From: Candidatus Shapirobacteria bacterium GW2011_GWF2_37_20
Lineage (GTDB): Bacteria; Patescibacteriota; Microgenomatia; UBA12405
Length of the DNA: 57,828 nt
Assembly: GCA_000989305.1 (NCBI GenBank)
Contig: LBTB01000008.1
Location: 1 to 57,828, forward strand
Direction: 5' to 3'
Each line of letters starts with the position of its first letter. The first letter of the stretch is position 1. Position numbers and translations under genes: made by a program. The notes beneath the pieces are model-generated. The model worked only from the letters and a program-made list of their open reading frames with translations. It ran no database searches and was not told the DNA's origin. Positions 56,908 through 57,828 of the stretch are shown here, piece by piece.

Positions 56908-56977
56908 TGCGGGGTAGTGTACGGCTGCACGTGAGGCTCATAATCTCACAGGCCGGGTTCAACTCCCGGCCCCGCAA
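56908..56977 (+). tRNA. tRNA with CAU anticodon (Met, fMet or Ile2; undetermined), 70 nt
   Basis: Hand fold: TGCGGGG TA GTGT ACGGCT GCAC G TGAGG CTCATAA TCTCA CAGG CCGGG TTCAACT CCCGG CCCCGCA A. U1:A72 pair, short D loop, 4-nt variable region. Confidence 0.75.
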
Positions 56978-56988
56978 CTAACAAAGAG

Positions 56989-57022
56989 GTCGTCATTAAT
57001 TTGACGGCTTTTTTGTTTTTTA
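56989..57022 (+). terminator. rho-independent terminator after first tRNA(CAU)
   Basis: Hairpin GTCGTCA-TTAATT-TGACGGC followed by TTTTTTGTTTTTT. Confidence 0.5.
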
Positions 57023-57037
57023 AAAACAGGGCATTAT

Positions 57038-57046
57038 TGGTATAAT
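57038..57046 (+). promoter_or_regulatory. extended -10 promoter element for the tRNA(CAU)-tRNA(UAU) pair
   Basis: TGgTATAAT, 15 nt upstream of the tRNA 5' end. Confidence 0.45.
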
Positions 57047-57061
57047 TCTCTAGTTTTACTT

Positions 57062-57135
57062 GGCAGGGTAGCTCAGTTGGTTAGAGCACGGCATTCATAA
57101 CGCCGGGGTCGCGGGTTCAAGTCCCGCCTCTGCTA
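57062..57135 (+). tRNA. tRNA with CAU anticodon (Met or Ile2; undetermined)
   Basis: GGCAGGG TA GCTC AGTTGGTT AGAGC A CGGCA TTCATAA CGCCG GGGTC GCGGG TTCAAGT CCCGC CTCTGCT A. G1-U72 and G6-U67 wobbles; A31/C39 mismatch. Confidence 0.85.
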
Positions 57136-57144
57136 CTTCGTTTT

Positions 57145-57218
57145 GGGCATGTAGCTCAGTTGGTTAGAGCGCCGATCTTATAAGTCGGAAGTCCATGGTT
57201 CGAGTCCATGCATGCCTA
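57145..57218 (+). tRNA. tRNA-Ile (UAU)
   Basis: GGGCATG TA GCTC AGTTGGTT AGAGC G CCGAT CTTATAA GTCGG AAGTC CATGG TTCGAGT CCATG CATGCCT A. Anticodon TAT with U33 and A37. C4:G69, U12:A23 and A73 are compatible with Ile identity. Confidence 0.85.
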
Positions 57219-57713
57219 CCTAAAGTCAATTGTCTCTATTTTTCTGTCCTCAATTTTAAGTAATACCCCTGGTCTCGGGTAGTCAATCAAGTCATCTCTC
57301 TCGAAGGTGTTTTTTAACAAATAACTCTTCAATCCGGCAATTACCGCCCCGTGAGTACATATAATCACCGTTTTATTATTTTTTGAATTTAGTTCATCCA
57401 AAAAATTTCTTATTCTTTCACTAAATATTTCAAATGATTCTTGAGCCAGTTTACGACTAAACTCATTTATTCTAGAATCCGTTTCAAAATTCTTACCGGT
57501 AATTTTCGTAACTATTTCAGTAGTCTGTTTACAGCGCAGATATTCCGATGAAACATTGAAATCTGATTTAACCTCCTTAAGGTATGTGGCCAGTTTTTTA
57601 ATAACTGGAATCCCTTCGGGTAAAATCTTCACTTCAAAGTTATTTATTGGATAATTTGTTCGGTTTTTTGAATTATAAGTTTCCCCGTGTCTAAAAATAT
57701 AGTACTTCGTCAT
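57216..57713 (-). CDS. histidine phosphatase (phosphoglycerate mutase-like) family protein
   Basis: YIFRHGET (RHG motif) and a later CTHGAVI. The stop overlaps the tRNA-Ile 3' end by 3 nt on the opposite strand. Confidence 0.8.
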   Translation of the reverse strand: MTKYYIFRHGETYNSKNRTNYPINNFEVKILPEGIPVIKKLATYLKEVKSDFNVSSEYLRCKQTTEIVTKITGKNFETDSRINEFSRKLAQESFEIFSERIRNFLDELNSKNNKTVIICTHGAVIAGLKSYLLKNTFERDDLIDYPRPGVLLKIEDRKIETIDFR

Positions 57714-57828
57714 TATATTCCCATTACTTTTAACATCTCACTTAAAGTTTTTTGAGCCTCAATTTGGGCTTTTTTACTACCTTCATCGATGATCTGCTTA
57801 ATCAGTTCATCATTTCCTTCAAATTTAG
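57713..57828 (-). CDS. trpS: 3' end of a tryptophanyl-tRNA synthetase-like gene (rest outside window)
   Basis: Minus-strand translation ...KFEGNDELIKQIIDEGSKKAQIEAQKTLSEMLKVMGI* resembles the TrpRS C-terminal helix (..L.EGAEKA...A..TL..V....G). The stop overlaps the next ATG (TAATG). Confidence 0.5.
   Translation of the reverse strand, partial: KFEGNDELIKQIIDEGSKKAQIEAQKTLSEMLKVMGI

Noticed and set aside
55752-57218. Classical tRNA-targeted integrative element bounded by the recombinase
   Set aside because: The recombinase lies upstream of the 5' end of the tRNAs rather than downstream of a tRNA 3' end. It looks XerC/D-like. I found no duplicated tRNA 3' segment (att repeat) by eye, and the adjacent genes are housekeeping. 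This is kept only as a low-probability alternative in the ATPase-locus finding.
1-57828. CRISPR arrays, transposases/IS elements, prophage genes, and recognisable toxin-antitoxin or defence operons
   Set aside because: I looked for regularly spaced direct repeats and for hallmark motifs (DDE transposase, Cas, terminase, RT) and saw none. A by-eye scan cannot exclude short or degenerate repeats.

Overview
The window reads as a compact, AT-rich, gene-dense chromosomal segment. I infer an ultra-small Candidate Phyla Radiation (Patescibacteria) bacterium, possibly Microgenomates-like. That inference rests on a 16S gene that deviates at universal primer and probe sites, a DUF5667 protein, VirB2/TrbC-like pilins, many overlapping genes and several archaeal-flavoured parts. 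The standard genetic code applies, because TGA clearly terminates conserved genes.

Content is mostly housekeeping:
- Central carbon genes: ppdK fragment, split transketolase, class II FBA, PfkB kinase, archaeal-type TIM, rpiB-pgk-gap-rpe.
- Cell wall and envelope genes: two tandem class A PBPs, SpoIID-like, VanW, UppS, and a GT2/GT39/GT4 glycan cluster.
- Replication and transcription genes: recF, dnaG-rpoD, an ECF sigma factor, xth, rnhA.
- A stand-alone 16S rRNA gene with its own leader, processing stem and terminator.
- ssrA (tmRNA) convergent with smpB.
- Five tRNAs.

No CRISPR array, transposase, obvious prophage or recognisable defence operon was seen.

The observations most worth a second look:
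1. A class-I tRNA-Tyr(GUA) with a C1:G72 pair, which is the archaeal/eukaryotic design.
2. A tmRNA whose tRNA-like domain has A3:U70 instead of G3:U70, a non-canonical T-loop, and an antisense overlap with the smpB 3' end.
3. A tRNA-Ile(UAU) next to two tRNA(CAU) genes.
4. Dispersed parts of a T4SS-like apparatus: two pilin paralogues, plus a membrane-anchored coupling-type ATPase locus next to a tyrosine recombinase and a tRNA cluster.
5. A gene split by a 1-nt frameshift at an A6 run.
6. A U at the 16S position equivalent to C1400.

All folds, alignments and motif calls were done by eye from the sequence. None was checked against a database or by computation.
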